This document shows positions 1 to 9,605 of a stretch of DNA of 42,329 nt, piece by piece. The DNA lies in the NCBI GenBank assembly GCA_008369845.1, contig MRSU01010877.1, forward strand, positions 1-42,329. The letters run 5' to 3'. Position 1 is the stretch's first letter; every line of letters begins with the position of its first letter. This DNA comes from Trichomonas gallinae (Eukaryota). The position numbers were made by a program, and so were the translations under genes. The notes below the pieces were generated by a model. That model was not told where the DNA came from, ran no database searches, and saw only the letters and a program-made list of their open reading frames with translations.

Positions 1-378
1 CGCTCTCGACCTAGTTGCCATAGATTCTTCTGGATCATCTCTTCGTGTGCTCCTTGTTGACATCGCTGAAAACTGCCCTATATTTTCGTGAGAATCGTTT
101 TCTTCGAATGTATCTTCATTATCATCATGCGTTGAATACGACTGTGAGTCAGATTCGTTGTTTGACTGTGCGTACAAATGTGTTGGAGAAACCATTTCAA
201 ACATTGTCGACTTCTTCTTGTAGGTAACAGGTTCGCTAAAGTTCTGCGGCTTATTATCATTATCATCGTCAGAATTGTCAACTGTTTCATCATCATCGTC
301 ATCCTCTTCTTCATTTTGTCTGTCCCTGTTCCTTGTTCCTCTCCTTGTCTTTATCTGTTCGCCTATCTCAGCTTCCAT
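1..378 (-). CDS. Acidic low-complexity hypothetical protein, N-terminal part (runs off the left edge; absent from the ORF track)
   Basis: ATG at 378 opens a frame with no stop down to base 1: MEAEIGEQIKTRRGTRNRDRQNEEEDDDDDETVDNSDDD...EESMATRSRA. An in-frame TAA lies 12 codons upstream, with CCTTT just above it. Confidence 0.7.
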   Translation of the reverse strand, partial: MEAEIGEQIKTRRGTRNRDRQNEEEDDDDDETVDNSDDDNDNKPQNFSEPVTYKKKSTMFEMVSPTHLYAQSNNESDSQSYSTHDDNEDTFEENDSHENIGQFSAMSTRSTRRDDPEESMATRSRA

Positions 379-402
379 TGATTTCTTCTTCCAAAGTTTT
401 GA

Positions 403-1473
403 CAAATATTCTTAAAAGGTACAAGTGAAAATAATGTTAATCTCGTCCGCATGATGGTTGGATCCAAAATCGATATCAAAGCATAGAAAAATCAAATTCA
501 CGAAGCTCTTATTCTTGCATCCAAAAATGGTTATGCTGAGGTTGTCAAAATCTTGTCAACTGTTCCTGGAATCAACATCAATGCTCAAAATATAAATCAA
601 ACAAATGCTATATCGAGCGCTTCCAAAAATGGCCATACTAAAGACGTCAAGCATCTTATACATGTTGATGGAATTGTCAATATCGAGATATTTGATGATC
701 GAACACCATTGGAACTCGCTCCAAAACCATACCGATGTTGTAAGACTTCTAGTAAAATTTCCTGGAATTGCTAATGCTACATCTGCATTAGAACTTGCTT
801 CTGAAAAAGGTTATCATGAAATTGTCAAATTACATTTAACAATTCCAGGAATTAATGTAAATGAATACGGATATAAAAAAACTGTGTTAATGATTGCATC
901 AGAAGAAGGACATCATGAAGTTGTAAGCTCCTATTGGCAACATTGAAAGTCCATATCAATGCAAGAAATCTTAACGGTGATACAGCTTTGATATATGCAA
1001 CATATTATAAACCTAAAGTTGCTGAACTCTTATTGACAGTTCCTGTAATAGATGTTAACGCTAAAAATAATCAGAATATGACTGCATTAATGCTAGCTGT
1101 AGCTCATGGTCATTACGAGTTTGCCAAAACTCTTCTTGAAGCTCCTGGAATCGATAAATATGCTAAGAATAATGACAATATGACGATTTTAATGCTTGCT
1201 GCACAGGATGATAATCCTAAAATTGTGGAACTCATTTTAGAAATTCATGAAATCGATATCAATGCAAAAAATAATGACGGAATGACAGCTTTAATGCTTG
1301 CTGTATAACGAAATAATAAAGATTCTGTCAAAGCTCTTTGCTCAGTTCACAGAATCAACATCAACATTAAAAACAAACAAGGCAACACCGCTATAATGTT
1401 GGCTGAATATTTCAGAAGGTATTAAATCAGAAATATTTTATACAACTCTGGTCAAAATAATAATAATCAATAA
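403..1473 (+). pseudogene. Ankyrin-repeat pseudogene (about 9-10 repeats)
   Basis: ORFs 553-774, 605-946 and 934-1308 are consecutive pieces of one array (ALILASKNGYAEVVKIL, TALMLAVAHGHYEFAKTLL, IDVNAKN). In-frame stops at 484-486, 1306-1308 and 1423-1425; frameshifts near 725 and 925. Confidence 0.9.
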
Positions 1474-1815
1474 TCATTATTACACCATATTCTTGTAATA
1501 TTAGCATAATGCATTCGATGCTTTTTACTTGGGTTATTTTTCAACTTCATCAAAAACTATCTTTCATCTTCTATTACAGATCAAGATGCAGTATTATGCA
1601 TTATATGACAGTATAAACTGATTTGTCGCAGTTTTGACTCATTTTTAATAAACAATTTGAATTTCTTTTTTTTTAGATAATTTTAATTCATTAAAACTAA
1701 AAATTTGAATACTATGCATAAATATAATGCTAAATATGCTAAAATTTGCGAGAAAACAAGTTTCTTTGATGCGAAGTGAAATAACCTTAAAACCATCCCT
1801 AAACGTATATATTTC

Positions 1816-4800
1816 ATGGAGGCCAAAGCGCAGATCCACTTTGGTCCCGTAAAGAACATCATCATGGTGTCTGATAAGGAAAGCGTGCTTTCCGTCGGCC
1901 GTGATGATGGTTTGATGTACGAGTCAAAATTTCCGAGTTTGGATCAGGAATCATCGAAAGATTTAACAGGAATTACTGATAACCTCATAAAATCAATCGC
2001 GAATGGTGTTGATAATAAAATTTTGTTCACAGCTGAAGGTGTTGAAGGAATTTCAACAATTTCTTGGCCTTCTTTAGAAACAAATCAAATAATTACTACA
2101 CAGCAGTATACAGACCTACAATTGTCAAACAATGGTGAGTATTTGGCCGCCGTTAGCGTTGATTTTAATATCGATATATTTAAAACATCAACAAACGAAC
2201 TTGTTGGAACGATTAAAAACGGAAATGAGATAGTATCAGTCAAATTTAGCCAAACAGATGAATATGTTGTCGTTTATGATGTTACGAATTCTTTAATTAT
2301 ATATGAAATTCCGTCGCTCAACCTATTTGATACGATAAAAATCGATACACTTAACACACTTATTACGTGGGCCACTGACAATTCGCTTTTGGCATGCACG
2401 AAATCAAATATGCTTCATGTTTATAATACAAGGAATAAAACACACGAAACTGAAGAAATAGGCAATTCTGGTGATTCTATCATTGGCATTGCAGCATCAA
2501 AGCAAAATAATCTTGTTTTTATTGAAACAAGCGGAAAACTCGTAATTAACAAATTTGAGCACACATCTGACGGAAACTTCATTACAGAGAAACAGTCTGT
2601 AGATGGAGAAGCACAGGATATCGTTTCATTTTTCGAAATAATCAATTCTTACATTTTTGTTGGCGACGAACTCGGTGCAATTGCATTAAATAGAGTAGAT
2701 GAGCCAGAAGCTGCAGTTCCCGCACAAGAAGAAACGCAAGAAAAAGAACTTGAAAGTGATGTCGAATTTGTTGAAGAACATCGCCCAGTTCTTAAGCCAA
2801 AGCTGCCTACACAGGAAGTTAAGGGCAACAAGCTTAAAATTCCGACAAAAGAATTCGAACCAAAGAAAAGAAAATTTATTCCTTACAAACAAGACGTTTC
2901 CAGCGATGAAATCGTGGATTTTTCGAAGCTGAGCGACATGGAGGAGGAAGAAGAAGAGGGCGAAGGCGGAATCTACGATGACATGGCTGAAGATGTTGCT
3001 GCACCGAGTTCTGATGAAGAAAACTTGGCTTCTAGGATGAGAAGAGAGGCCTACAACGATGAAATAGAAAAGAGGAGGCAAGCGTTCGATGATTGGCAGC
3101 GCCAATATTTAGAACCTGAATCTGAATCCAGCGAATCGAGTTTTTCGAGCGATGAAGTTGAATATTTGGATGTAGATGTCAGAAAGGATGGCAAAAAGAT
3201 GACAGCCAAGGAAAGGGAACTTCAATATTTCAGATCAATTAATAAAATTGTCGAAAAGAACAAAAAGAAGGAGAAAGAGCAGAAAGATGAAGAAAAGGAG
3301 CTTAAAAAGATGATAGATGACGGCAAAACAGGCGAAGAAGAAGAAGCAGAGCAAACAGAAGAAGAATCTTCCTCATATTACAGCAGCTACAGTGAAGACG
3401 ACACTGGAGGACAGACGCTGCCGTTCATGCCCGGCAGCTCGAGGCATTTTGACGGAAGCAGGCGGTTTTTGTGCTGGAACGAAACCGGCGTCGTCTTCCT
3501 GAGAGAAATCGACGAAGACAGAGAAGCCATAGATGTGGAGTTCATGGACAACTTCAGCAACAGAAACATCAGCTTCCAGAACGACAAACACTTCATCCTG
3601 GCGACGCTGAACAAAGATGGATTCGCCGCAGCGTCGAGAACATTCTTCCAGTACAGGATGAACTCGCCGCACGGCTCCCCTTCAGAGTTCGTCCACAGGT
3701 TCCCAGACGACGAGACAATCGACCTTATCGCGTCCGGAAGAAGATGGGTCGCGATTGCAACAGAGGTCGGTAGAGTCCACATCTTCACAGCGACGGGTTT
3801 CGAGATCGGCCCGCTTTCGATGCCAGATAGGATTCTGACAATGATCGGTGGCGGTGACAGGTTGCTGCTTGTTTACGGCGACACTTTGGATTTCGTCCTG
3901 CTGGATGTCTCTAAAAGAGAGAAGCTGGCAACAGGAGCCATTCCTGTCGCCAGGCCTCTGAAGTGGGTGACAATCGATGAGAAGGGAAACGTTTTCGCTC
4001 TGGGAAACGACAAAGTTTTGATCGAACTGGTTTACGACTTCGGGTTCCACTGGCAGGCAGTCCTCAACGTGAGGAACGCAATATCAGAGGGTGACAAGTA
4101 TCTGGACAGTGCTCCTGAGTCGGATGAAGACGATTTAGGCCTCGAGAGCGCGAAGAAGGCGGCTGCAGATGATATAACAGACTTCTGGTGTGTCGGAGTC
4201 AACGACAATAAACTGCTCGGCTGCTTCTTGAAGAAGAACACGAAAGTTCCTCGAGCTTTTCCGCTGAATGAGATATCAGAGATTCCATTAGGGCCGCTGA
4301 CTGTCCAGAACGGAGCTCAGAGCTGGCTGCAGGGCTTCACGAATCTTGCGAACTCTGCGAAGAAGGACAGATTCGAAAACACGGTGAAGCTTGACCTAGA
4401 GAGCGTCAAAATGTTCAAGGATCTCATAGACCAGAACGAGCAGTACAAAGCGTTCGAAGTCGCAAAGAGAGTCCGCACAGAGCGCGCGAGGACAGTCGTG
4501 AGAACATTGGCGAGAGCGAAGGACGGCTGCGAAGAGCTTTCCGAATTCGTCAACCAGTACTACGAGGCAGACGAGGCAATGGTCGAAGAAGAAGAGGAAG
4601 ACGAACCAGTTGTACAGGAAGTTCCACCACAAGCGAATGAAGAAGAAGTTCACGAGGAAGAGAATTATCAGGAAGATGAGAAAATTGACGGAGAAGAAAC
4701 AGTGAAACAGGATGATGAGAAAATTGAAGAAAATGTTGAAGAAACACACGAAGAAGATAAAGTCATTGAAGAGAAGATGGAGTCTGATGATTCTGATGTC

Positions 4801-5037
4801 ATGACTAATGCGAACGTCCCATCTAACACAGACAGTGAAGATTATCATGCTCCTGAGCCAGCCAAAGAAGATTCTGCTGCCAACGATTCTGTCGCAGAGG
4901 AGAAAGATGAAGAATCTGTTGCAGAGGATTCAGTCGCTGAAAATGATAAAGATTCAGTCGCTGAAAACGATTCGGTTGTTGAAGATGATGATGAGAAAGA
5001 CTCAGTTGTTGATGATGATAGTATTGTTGATGAGTAA
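1816..5037 (+). CDS. CTF4: Ctf4/And-1 (WDHD1) replisome hub: N-terminal WD40, acidic linker, SepB domain, acidic tail
   Basis: PFMPGSSRHFDGSRRFLCWNETGVV...AIDVEFMD...ETIDLIASGRRWVAIAT...HIFTATG matches the SepB signature of And-1/Ctf4. The N-terminus is beta-propeller-like. Confidence 0.88.
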   Translation: MEAKAQIHFGPVKNIIMVSDKESVLSVGRDDGLMYESKFPSLDQESSKDLTGITDNLIKSIANGVDNKILFTAEGVEGISTISWPSLETNQIITTQQYTDLQLSNNGEYLAAVSVDFNIDIFKTSTNELVGTIKNGNEIVSVKFSQTDEYVVVYDVTNSLIIYEIPSLNLFDTIKIDTLNTLITWATDNSLLACTKSNMLHVYNTRNKTHETEEIGNSGDSIIGIAASKQNNLVFIETSGKLVINKFEHTSDGNFITEKQSVDGEAQDIVSFFEIINSYIFVGDELGAIALNRVDEPEAAVPAQEETQEKELESDVEFVEEHRPVLKPKLPTQEVKGNKLKIPTKEFEPKKRKFIPYKQDVSSDEIVDFSKLSDMEEEEEEGEGGIYDDMAEDVAAPSSDEENLASRMRREAYNDEIEKRRQAFDDWQRQYLEPESESSESSFSSDEVEYLDVDVRKDGKKMTAKERELQYFRSINKIVEKNKKKEKEQKDEEKELKKMIDDGKTGEEEEAEQTEEESSSYYSSYSEDDTGGQTLPFMPGSSRHFDGSRRFLCWNETGVVFLREIDEDREAIDVEFMDNFSNRNISFQNDKHFILATLNKDGFAAASRTFFQYRMNSPHGSPSEFVHRFPDDETIDLIASGRRWVAIATEVGRVHIFTATGFEIGPLSMPDRILTMIGGGDRLLLVYGDTLDFVLLDVSKREKLATGAIPVARPLKWVTIDEKGNVFALGNDKVLIELVYDFGFHWQAVLNVRNAISEGDKYLDSAPESDEDDLGLESAKKAAADDITDFWCVGVNDNKLLGCFLKKNTKVPRAFPLNEISEIPLGPLTVQNGAQSWLQGFTNLANSAKKDRFENTVKLDLESVKMFKDLIDQNEQYKAFEVAKRVRTERARTVVRTLARAKDGCEELSEFVNQYYEADEAMVEEEEEDEPVVQEVPPQANEEEVHEEENYQEDEKIDGEETVKQDDEKIEENVEETHEEDKVIEEKMESDDSDVMTNANVPSNTDSEDYHAPEPAKEDSAANDSVAEEKDEESVAEDSVAENDKDSVAENDSVVEDDDEKDSVVDDDSIVDE
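4880..5034 (+). repeat. Degenerate coding tandem repeat DSV(A/V)E in the Ctf4 tail
   Basis: NDSVAEEKDEESVAEDSVAENDKDSVAENDSVVEDDDEKDSVVDDDSIVDE; the DNA gattcagtcgctgaaaa occurs twice exactly. Confidence 0.8.
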
Positions 5038-5174
5038 TAATGTTTATTATATTAAAATAAATCTTTATAAGGATAATAGATTTTTCGAAAATACACGATA
5101 TTCTTCATTTATAAAACTATTTTAATTTAATTATACAAACAGATTAAAATACAATTTTATTACAATTTCCATGA

Positions 5175-8100
5175 TTATCCTTTTCTAGGCTTCGGGTAGT
5201 TGGGGTCTCCTGGTGTAATCTCTCTGAGGACTAGCTTCCTCTTATCCTTCTTCTCGTTGTCAGTGACCGCGACAATTCTATTATCCTGGATGTTCCTCAG
5301 CGTTGGCCTGAAGTCTGGGCCACTCATCTCAGAGCTTTCGTCCTTCTTGTCTTTGAATGTCTCCTGCGGCTTCTTTATCCTGATTATGTCGTCGTCCGGT
5401 GGCTGATTCGATAACTGGACCGGCTTCCTCTGGTACTGCGGCCTTCCTCCGAGGTTTCCTGGCTCAGGAAGGTTGTCGTAGTCTCCCAAAGCACGCGCGA
5501 CCTTCTTGTTGAGCTCTTCGTCGAGCGGGAACTGGTCCGCGTAAGGCATTGGCCTGTGGGTCGTCGCTGTGAACTCGAAGTCTGACAAGCTTGACGTGGA
5601 CTTCTCTATCTCGATCGGGAACTGATCTTGTCTGTGACTCTGCACGAAGACGTACTTCGGCTCCTGTGGCGGAGGCTGAACAGGAGTCTGCGTCGGCTGC
5701 GGCTTCTTGTTCTGCCAGGCACTAGGGTCAATGTCCCAGACGTTCCCGAATCTCATCGGCCTCTGCGGCTGAGCATACTGAGGCGGCGGAGCGACGTACT
5801 GATGCCTCTGGCCAGCGTTGGGATCCAAGCTGAGAAGCCTAACGCGCGGAGGCTCTGGCGCGGACTTCTTCGGCTTCTTCGATTTGATCTTTGGCTTCGG
5901 TTTCGGTTTCTCCTTCTCTTTCTTCCTGTGGTGCCTCTTCGGCGGCGGGGCGACTTCTGAGATCGTCGACGAAGTGCTGCTCTTTTCCATCTTGAACTCG
6001 CCCGAGTCTGTCTCCTCCTTGACAGGCATCTCCGGGAGAGGCTCGTTGTCGTTGACTGGGATGTCGCTGTCCTCAGACTCCTCTTCTTGGGCGCCTTCGT
6101 CGACGAGGGGCTTCGTCTCGATCTGCATCTTTCGCGGCGCAAGGGGCGGAATCGAGAACTCTTCGAACTCTAGCAGCTCGTTTGGAATGTTTTCGCCGCA
6201 CTTGAATTTGGACAACGCTCTTGGGATTCCGCATCTGAGCCAGGGAACCATGTCGCTGACAAGAACAGCGAGCAAAAGTTGAGATTTCGGCAGGTCACTT
6301 TGTTGCTTGTCTCCGAGCTTAATTGCTCTGTCCATTGCGTCTTTGAGCTGCCCTTCGCGGAGCCTGTTCGAGCATTCAGCCATGTAGCTCGGGAACATCG
6401 GATCATCTTCGAAATCACGAGATCCGTAGGTGTAGAGGGCGAAAACGTCTGGGCTGAAAACGTCTTCCCTGGCTGCTTTGATTTGGGCCATGGCAACTTT
6501 TGTATTTACAAATTCTGGGAAAGCTAATAATCTCAAAGTTGCGTCGTTTGCGTGTTTCAGCTTTGACGTGTGTTTGATGGCTTCTTGGCGCCACCTGATG
6601 AACCATATGAGCCCGAACAGCTCTTTTAGCGGCTTTCTGATGGCTTCTGGAATTAATTTCGATCTTCCATTGATAAACAGCGAAATATTCCTGTAATCAG
6701 CAGCACAGAAGGCCAAAGTAGCTATAACAGCGAAATCTTTAAGATCTTCTTTAGTTAATGGCGCAATAACTTCCAAAGATTCCTCAATCATGCATAATTT
6801 GGAGAGAGGAGCAACTCTTGGACGTGAGCTTGTCGGCATTGAGCCAGCTACAGCAGCTTTGAGAATGTTAAGCAGTGCTTTGATGCAATTTCCGCGCATA
6901 ACATCATCATCAGGTGATGCAAGCTGCAAGCAATAGATTAGAGCGCGGAATATTAACTCTGGGCAGTCTGGGAACAGTGAAATGATTCTATTAAAGAGAT
7001 TTAGTGGATCTGAAGCAATCGATCGATGTCTAGCAACGACAATCGCTCTATCAATGCGTCCGAGCATGATCATGAGCTCTAATATGATTCTCATGTCGAC
7101 GTCCACTTCATTTAAGTCGTTGTATTGGCCTTCAAAAACTAATTTCTTGATTTTCTTTGTTATTAAAACTAAATCCGCATTCCTCCTGGCTTCTGGCTTA
7201 GACATGACGAGTTTCTCCTCGTCATCATCCTTCATTCCGTAATATAAAATATTTGTTGGAGAATGATCAATGGAAACAACCCAATCTTTCTTGTCTCCTT
7301 CGCTTCTCATGATCCAGCCAAGAATTTTATCGCGTTGCTTCTCGCTGAATTCAAGTCTTTCTACAACAATATCATAAATCGGGACTTTATGATCAGCTAG
7401 ACGGAAAATGCATCTTGCAAACAAGAAAGCATACAAATCCTCACCATCTTCTAACAGTTTTGTTGTGACTTCGTCGAAAATTGTGATCAAAAGATATCTT
7501 AAAGGAGAAAACAGCGGGAAAATCCTGAAAAGATCTGTTAAATAGATAAGTCTAACGAAATTTTCGATCCTTGCATATCCACATTCTCTAATTGACGCGA
7601 CAGCAGGATCATATAATTCTGCGACGTTTCCAAATGGAAAGTGAAGACTCATCAGGTTTTCAATAGTCTGTGGAATCAAGCCAGTATTGATTTTTAGGAC
7701 TCTAAACTTCTCACGAGTGTAAATAACGAAGATGCTCGGATCTTTCGAGTCTCCTGTCAGCATCAGCGGGACATCTTTGCCTGTTTGGAATGGAGCCAAG
7801 TCACACATCTGGTGGTGCATGTTTTTGCCGCTTCGAGTTATCGCGCAGACTTCTCCTAATGTAGATGTTATTACGAAAAATTGTCCTGTGCATGACCAGG
7901 CTACATTAGCAACCATAGAGTTCTTTTGGGCAAAGATTTCGTCGATTGGTATGATTTTGATAACACGAAGTTCTCTTGTTAGGATGATAACTGATCGAGA
8001 TACTGCAACAACAGCAATTCTACAGCAAAGGCTCCAGAAAATGCATGGTCCTCCAGGGCCTTCCATGATAGGCAGATGTATTTCAGCACGCTCGAAAGTT

Positions 8101-8948
8101 GGTGTATATGAATATTTGAATTTGCATATTGAAACGAATAAATATAGTGTGTCGAATGGCCTTGATGGGGGAAGAACAGCTGTCAGACAAACAACGCCTC
8201 TTCCCTCATCAGGATTATCGAATAAAGCCAAATCTTGGTAAGAAACAGCTGAATTTGATGGTAAAGTTGGTGCAATTGCTGGATGAAGTGTAAACGATTG
8301 TCGGGGCTTCATAAATCCGTGATAAGCACGGCCTTGCTGCGTTAAATAATGATTTGCGTTGATATTTATACCGAAACGCTGGTCTGCTGTTAAGTCCATC
8401 CACCAGCCAATGCCATTTGGCTGCTCCGGAAGCTGTTGCCAGATCCAAACTGACTGATCAACAGAGACAGCCATAATTTTTCCATTTTCGCTGCAAGCCA
8501 AGCCAAAAACATGAGCTGGAAAGTCTGTAATTGGCTTGTTCTGCAGATTGAAGATATACGGTAAGTCATCGACTCTGTTATGAGGTCGAGAAATCAATAA
8601 CTTAGTTCCATCTGGATCATAGCCGTGATCTGTTGTTTTTTCTTGTAGTGTTTGAATATTTCCAGCCGGAAGTGGAAAAGTCGTGACATTTGAATTTGGT
8701 TTATTTTCGTGAAGCGCGAAAAGTGGAGAAACTTTCGGTAAATGCAGCGATGTTGTTCCGTTTGGCGATACTACGACTCTATCGATTTTGTGATGAAGCA
8801 TATTTAAAGATTTTTCTATTACCCAGGAATTTTCTTGATAAACATATCCTTTTCCCGGCTTTATGCAGAAGAGGACGCCATTTTTTGAAACGATGTACAT
8901 TGGCTTTCTCGTCCTGGGGACAGGATAAGGCTGCGACGAAAGCCACAT
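5175..8948 (-). CDS. 1257-aa protein: beta-propeller, helical region, Pro/Lys-rich disordered tail; possible CPLANE1 (C5orf42/JBTS17)-like
   Basis: Long ATG-initiated ORF. Propeller blades ACSENGKIMAV..SVWIW..GWW and VANVAWSCTGQFFVITSTLGEVCAITRSG resemble the CPLANE1 N-terminus. The CDS is near certain; the family is tentative. Confidence 0.6.
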   Translation of the reverse strand: MWLSSQPYPVPRTRKPMYIVSKNGVLFCIKPGKGYVYQENSWVIEKSLNMLHHKIDRVVVSPNGTTSLHLPKVSPLFALHENKPNSNVTTFPLPAGNIQTLQEKTTDHGYDPDGTKLLISRPHNRVDDLPYIFNLQNKPITDFPAHVFGLACSENGKIMAVSVDQSVWIWQQLPEQPNGIGWWMDLTADQRFGININANHYLTQQGRAYHGFMKPRQSFTLHPAIAPTLPSNSAVSYQDLALFDNPDEGRGVVCLTAVLPPSRPFDTLYLFVSICKFKYSYTPTFERAEIHLPIMEGPGGPCIFWSLCCRIAVVAVSRSVIILTRELRVIKIIPIDEIFAQKNSMVANVAWSCTGQFFVITSTLGEVCAITRSGKNMHHQMCDLAPFQTGKDVPLMLTGDSKDPSIFVIYTREKFRVLKINTGLIPQTIENLMSLHFPFGNVAELYDPAVASIRECGYARIENFVRLIYLTDLFRIFPLFSPLRYLLITIFDEVTTKLLEDGEDLYAFLFARCIFRLADHKVPIYDIVVERLEFSEKQRDKILGWIMRSEGDKKDWVVSIDHSPTNILYYGMKDDDEEKLVMSKPEARRNADLVLITKKIKKLVFEGQYNDLNEVDVDMRIILELMIMLGRIDRAIVVARHRSIASDPLNLFNRIISLFPDCPELIFRALIYCLQLASPDDDVMRGNCIKALLNILKAAVAGSMPTSSRPRVAPLSKLCMIEESLEVIAPLTKEDLKDFAVIATLAFCAADYRNISLFINGRSKLIPEAIRKPLKELFGLIWFIRWRQEAIKHTSKLKHANDATLRLLAFPEFVNTKVAMAQIKAAREDVFSPDVFALYTYGSRDFEDDPMFPSYMAECSNRLREGQLKDAMDRAIKLGDKQQSDLPKSQLLLAVLVSDMVPWLRCGIPRALSKFKCGENIPNELLEFEEFSIPPLAPRKMQIETKPLVDEGAQEEESEDSDIPVNDNEPLPEMPVKEETDSGEFKMEKSSTSSTISEVAPPPKRHHRKKEKEKPKPKPKIKSKKPKKSAPEPPRVRLLSLDPNAGQRHQYVAPPPQYAQPQRPMRFGNVWDIDPSAWQNKKPQPTQTPVQPPPQEPKYVFVQSHRQDQFPIEIEKSTSSLSDFEFTATTHRPMPYADQFPLDEELNKKVARALGDYDNLPEPGNLGGRPQYQRKPVQLSNQPPDDDIIRIKKPQETFKDKKDESSEMSGPDFRPTLRNIQDNRIVAVTDNEKKDKRKLVLREITPGDPNYPKPRKG

Positions 8949-9079
8949 CTTTTTATAAACGTATTAATTTTTTTTTTTTCATTTTTCGTTTTTTTGCTTT
9001 TTTATCCAGCGAAGCAGTTGTCAGCACATTCGCATAGCGTTTTGGTGCTTTTTCGATGCTATTCTAGCGATTTTAATGT

Positions 9080-9510
9080 TATTGCAGCGATAAATACTAA
9101 TCAATTTTGATTTTATTATTATTTCTGATTGAAACAGACTTTATCAAGAAATAATTAAGAGATTTTTGACAATACTATTTGATTCTAATTTAAATCCATT
9201 GAAATAATAACGTAATAATTTCATCAGATTGATCATGTTTTGAAATAAAATTAATATGATACCTGCTGTTTATTCTTGAGCAGAATCTATTGGGAATTGT
9301 TAAACCTAGATTTTAGCATTAAAATATATTCCAGAAACTGTGAGAAATATTTTGACAATTTCATGATGACAATTTTTTGATGCAAAAATCAAAGCTTTAT
9401 CATTGAATTTGTTCCATGCTTTGACATCTATTCAAGGAACTACGAGAAGGAATATGACAATTTCGTGTTGACCATTTGCTGAAAACCTCAATCAAAGCTT
9501 TGTATAAAAC
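9080..9510 (-). pseudogene. Second, more decayed ankyrin-repeat relic (absent from the ORF track)
   Basis: 9482->9306 translates as SANGQHEIVIFLLVVP*IDVKAWNKFNDKALIFASKNCHHEIVKIFLTVSGIYFNAKI*. There is a 102-bp periodicity (tgacaatttc at 9353 and 9455). Weaker fragments extend to about 9080. Confidence 0.8.
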
Positions 9511-9605
9511 TCATATTCGAATAATAATTTGTGATGAATTGGAATTGACACGTAAACTAGATTTTTTGCCAAGTGTCATTTCCGTTATACGATTATTACA
9601 AAAAT

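Noticed and set aside
403..1473. TAA/TAG reassignment to Gln explaining the in-frame stops
   Set aside because: The locus also has frameshifts, and intact genes in the window end in TAA, TAG and TGA.
9005..9092. Small hairpin (AGCAC/GTGCT) and four AGCG words upstream of the 1257-aa gene
   Set aside because: Too short and weak to separate from chance.
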